Source: Amoebidium appalachense
Lineage: Eukaryota > Protista > Ichthyosporea
Length of the DNA stretch: 64,000 bases
Reading direction: 5' to 3'
Assembly: GCA_963693365.1 (NCBI GenBank)
Contig: CAVNZM010000002.1
Span: forward strand, 1,302,001 to 1,366,000
Below are positions 60,898-64,000 of this stretch, piece after piece. Under the pieces are notes generated by a model. It was not told the DNA's origin. It did no database searches and saw only the letters and a program-made list of their open reading frames with translations. Position 1 is the first letter of the stretch, and each line of letters opens with the position of its first letter. Both the position numbers and the translations under genes were made by a program.

Positions 60898-62306
60898 ATC
60901 CGCCCCCACCCCCGGGGCACCCTCTCACCGGAGGCCCATCTACTGAGAGGCTCGCTTGCCATCGACCACCGTGACCCCGGCCACTCTGACAAGTGAATGC
61001 GCACATACCCTCCAAGGACATGTGTTGGTTGTCTTAAATACTCAAATCTTCCCTTCTCTTTCGTATCAGCAATCATTATCGTCAACTTTGTGTCTGCTGC
61101 CCCCTCCCCCCCTCCCCTCCCCCCCCCAACCAACCCACCCACCCCGTGACCTCTCCCCTCCACCCAAGGCTCCTCCCCCACCTCCACCCCCACCCTCCCT
61201 TTACGTCCCCCCCCCTTTTTTGTGTTTGTGCGGTGTGGTGGGGTGGGGGGGAAAATCTTTGTGGGATGGAATCCCTTGTGGTGGGGGCTGGAGGGAGGGA
61301 GGGAGAGGGGGGAGGAAGGGGGGGGGGGGGGGATGGGGAGGACCGCACACTTACAGTAGGCTGACACTGACACAAATAGTAAGTAGCCCCCCCTGCCCCT
61401 TGCTTGAGCAGACCATAATGTGCACTGAAAGTAGGAATCCCGCTCCCCCCGGGCGGGAACCGGGCTGACAATTATCCGACCCACTCCAAAAACGCGGCGG
61501 CGGGGCACCATTACATGCCGCATTAATTGGCACATACACAGGCTCTTACATCGGCATCCACCACCCGATGACCCCTTGGGGTCCGGCTGGGCCATCTGTA
61601 ATACCATCTCTCGCCCAGCTGGCAACTAATATACAATCCCCCCCACCACAAACATGGGCGTGTACACCAAAACACACGGCTGTGAAGCACACAGCCTCGA
61701 CAACGTGTTCAGCAAGATTCAATGGGGTGTGCCTGCTGTATGTGTGCGTTACACAACTGTATGTGTGTCCTGTGTTGTGTGGCCGAGCTGTGCCCAACCT
61801 TAACATTGTGCATGAAATGGCTTGTTTCCATCCTTGATGTAGCTACGTGCCTGCATGTGTATCCACCTGTGCATTTCGAGGCAAGATAGTTTGTTTGTGT
61901 GTCATGCTATGCCTCCATAATACTGTGCATCCATTTTTGTGTGGGTTTTCTGAGCACGTGTGTGCGTCACCCGTGTGTGCATAAAAAGCAAGTAGCGAAT
62001 CGGTGCACAAGTGTGGATAAGACTCGGTTTATCATGGAGCCACGAGACATCTTGTAGGAGTCGGGGGCCATATTTTCGGCACACCCCATTGCATTCAAAT
62101 TTATTCCATGCAGGGCTATATACTGCCCTGCCATCACTTAAACACACAAACTCAGGCCCGGTCGAGTCCGTTTTCTAACACCTGTACACGATCGCAATTG
62201 ACTTTCACCTGCCCACATTACATTCTTGCACTTAAATTTAAAAAACACACTCGCCACATGGAACGAGATGCACGGACATTGCACGCGTATACACACCCAC
62301 GAATGT

Positions 62307-63202
62307 TTATGTGGGGCGGGGCTGGACCCAGTTCTGGGGCACTGGGCCAAAGTCCTCAACGATCTCACGGTGGCAGCTCCACACAAGGCGGATGGCCTCT
62401 GCAGTGCCGATACCTGCAGGGGGGGAGCGCATGTTAGTGGTTTGTTGTCTTTCTGGGTGGAGATGCTTGGGGTGGAGAGAGATGTGACTTTCAAGGGCGT
62501 GCGTGTGTTTATGTCTGTTTGTGGGTGTGGACTGGCAGGCAGGGGGCCAGGTCGATAGGGGATGGGCAGGTGGTGGTGATCGGAGGGGGGGGGGGGGGAG
62601 GGGGATGCAATCCACAGACACCCGCATTTATAGGGAGAAGTCGCAGACTGGTGCACGGGGGGGGGGAGGGGGAGGTGGGAGGGAGGAATACACCGGGCAC
62701 AAACACAGCGACAGCGGTAGAGGGCGGTGGGGTGGGTGGGGGGGGGGGGGGGAGGGGGGTTACACACCAGCACCGCGGGGATCGCCAGCAGGGCCGAACC
62801 AGTGGTTCTGGGGGGCACCGGTGGTGCGGGCACGGGCACCGGCATATGTGGTGCCGTTGACGGTGTTGCCCAGCACCTGCTGCAGGAAGAAAATGTCGTT
62901 GGACACCACGGCGGCAGTCAGGTGCGCCTCCATGCGCTCGAGCATGTCCAGAACAATCGGCAGCTGCTCGTGCTTGTACTCCGTCACAACCTGCATGGGG
63001 CAAAGGAGTAAGTATGTCTGCCCAAACAACTGGCACCTCCCCTCATTTCATCTCTTTTCGCCAATCAGTCCGTAACCCCCCCCCCCCCCCCCCCCCCCCC
63101 ACCCAAACACTAACCAAGGATTCACCCTCGACTGTCTGCCCTCGCTGTTACTTTGACGTTGACCTTAGTACTCTCTTCCTATTCTTGCAGTGCTCAACTG
63201 TG

Positions 63203-63238
<36 letters not shown>

Positions 63239-63879
63239 TTCACCCACCACCCCACCTCCCTGCGGTGCTCCAACCACCACAAAAATCCCACCATACACGT
63301 GCATACACACCTGGAAGGGCCCGAAAATTTCCGTCGTAACGAGGCCGAAGTTCTCGGGCTTGGCAGCCTCCTCCAGGGGCACAAACACGGCCGTGGGGCG
63401 CACGGCACCGTACTTCTTGGGGATGGTGTGGCCCGTCAGCTCCTTACCGCCCCACAGCAACTTGGCACCGGGGATCCTCAGAAGGGCGGCCGCGTGGCCG
63501 AGAATGTTCTCTGTGGTGTGTGACAGAACGGGGCCGACTGACAAGTCATCGAGAATGCGGGAATCAGCAAGCTTTCCGCAGCGCTCCAGAAGGTCGGTCT
63601 TTGCCCAGTTCTCGTGCACAAAGAGGATGCTCTCGGCACTGCACTTCTGGCCAGTAAGCGCATATGCGTCCTGGTCGCACTGCCATGCCACATACTCCAC
63701 GTTGGCCACATCGGGGCCCAGAATTTTCCAGTCGAAACCGGCATCCTCCACACGCACCTTGCCGTGTGTGACGGCTGCAAGCTGCTCAGCAACACCCGAG
63801 GAACCGGTGAACTGCAGAACGCGGGGCTTGGAGATCTTGATGAACTCACCGGCGGCACGGCCACCGCAGTTGAGGTAGT
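62307..63879 (-). CDS. ALDH12A1: Delta-1-pyrroline-5-carboxylate dehydrogenase, ALDH12 (plant-type P5CDH), last three exons; gene continues beyond the window
   Basis: Exons 63311-63879 (LQFTGSS..EDAGFDWKILGPD..CDQDAYALTGQKCSAESILF..EIFGPFQ), 62768-62990 (HLTAAVVSND..TVNGTTYAGARARTTGAPQNHWFGPAGDPRGAG) and 62307-62413 (IGTAEAIRLVWSCHREIVEDFGPVP..*). Confidence 0.93.
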
Positions 63880-64000
63880 CTGGGGTTGGGAACGGCACAT
63901 GGTGATTAGTACATGTTATCAGTTTTTCGAATAGACCTTTATGATAAGGGTTAGGGGTGGGGGTAGGGGTTGGGAACGAAAGAGAAGGGGGGAGGTTCTT

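Overview
Eukaryotic, intron-rich genomic DNA. A genuine tyrosine kinase suggests a unicellular holozoan, possibly ichthyosporean-like (inference). Introns are packed with poly-C/G, poly-A/T, (CA)n and (CT)n tracts, which generate most of the spurious ORFs. Five spliced genes can be reconstructed by eye: SIRT6-class sirtuin (-), short TCAIM/DUF4460-like protein (-), OSGIN-like FAD oxidoreductase (+), a ~28-exon receptor tyrosine kinase with a Venus-flytrap (ANF-receptor type) ectodomain (+), and the 3' part of a plant-type ALDH12/P5CDH (-). An RTK intron holds an intact Penelope-like reverse transcriptase ORF with no visible endonuclease. It is followed by ~2.1 kb of non-coding sequence made of structured modules separated by simple repeats. 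The terminal ~250-nt module occurs three times in the window, always ending at a C-run, and shows compensatory base changes that support a pseudoknotted RNA I cannot assign to a known class. There is also a ~650-bp palindrome with a GCA triloop whose 15-nt apex recurs 1.27 kb upstream, plus several minisatellites.
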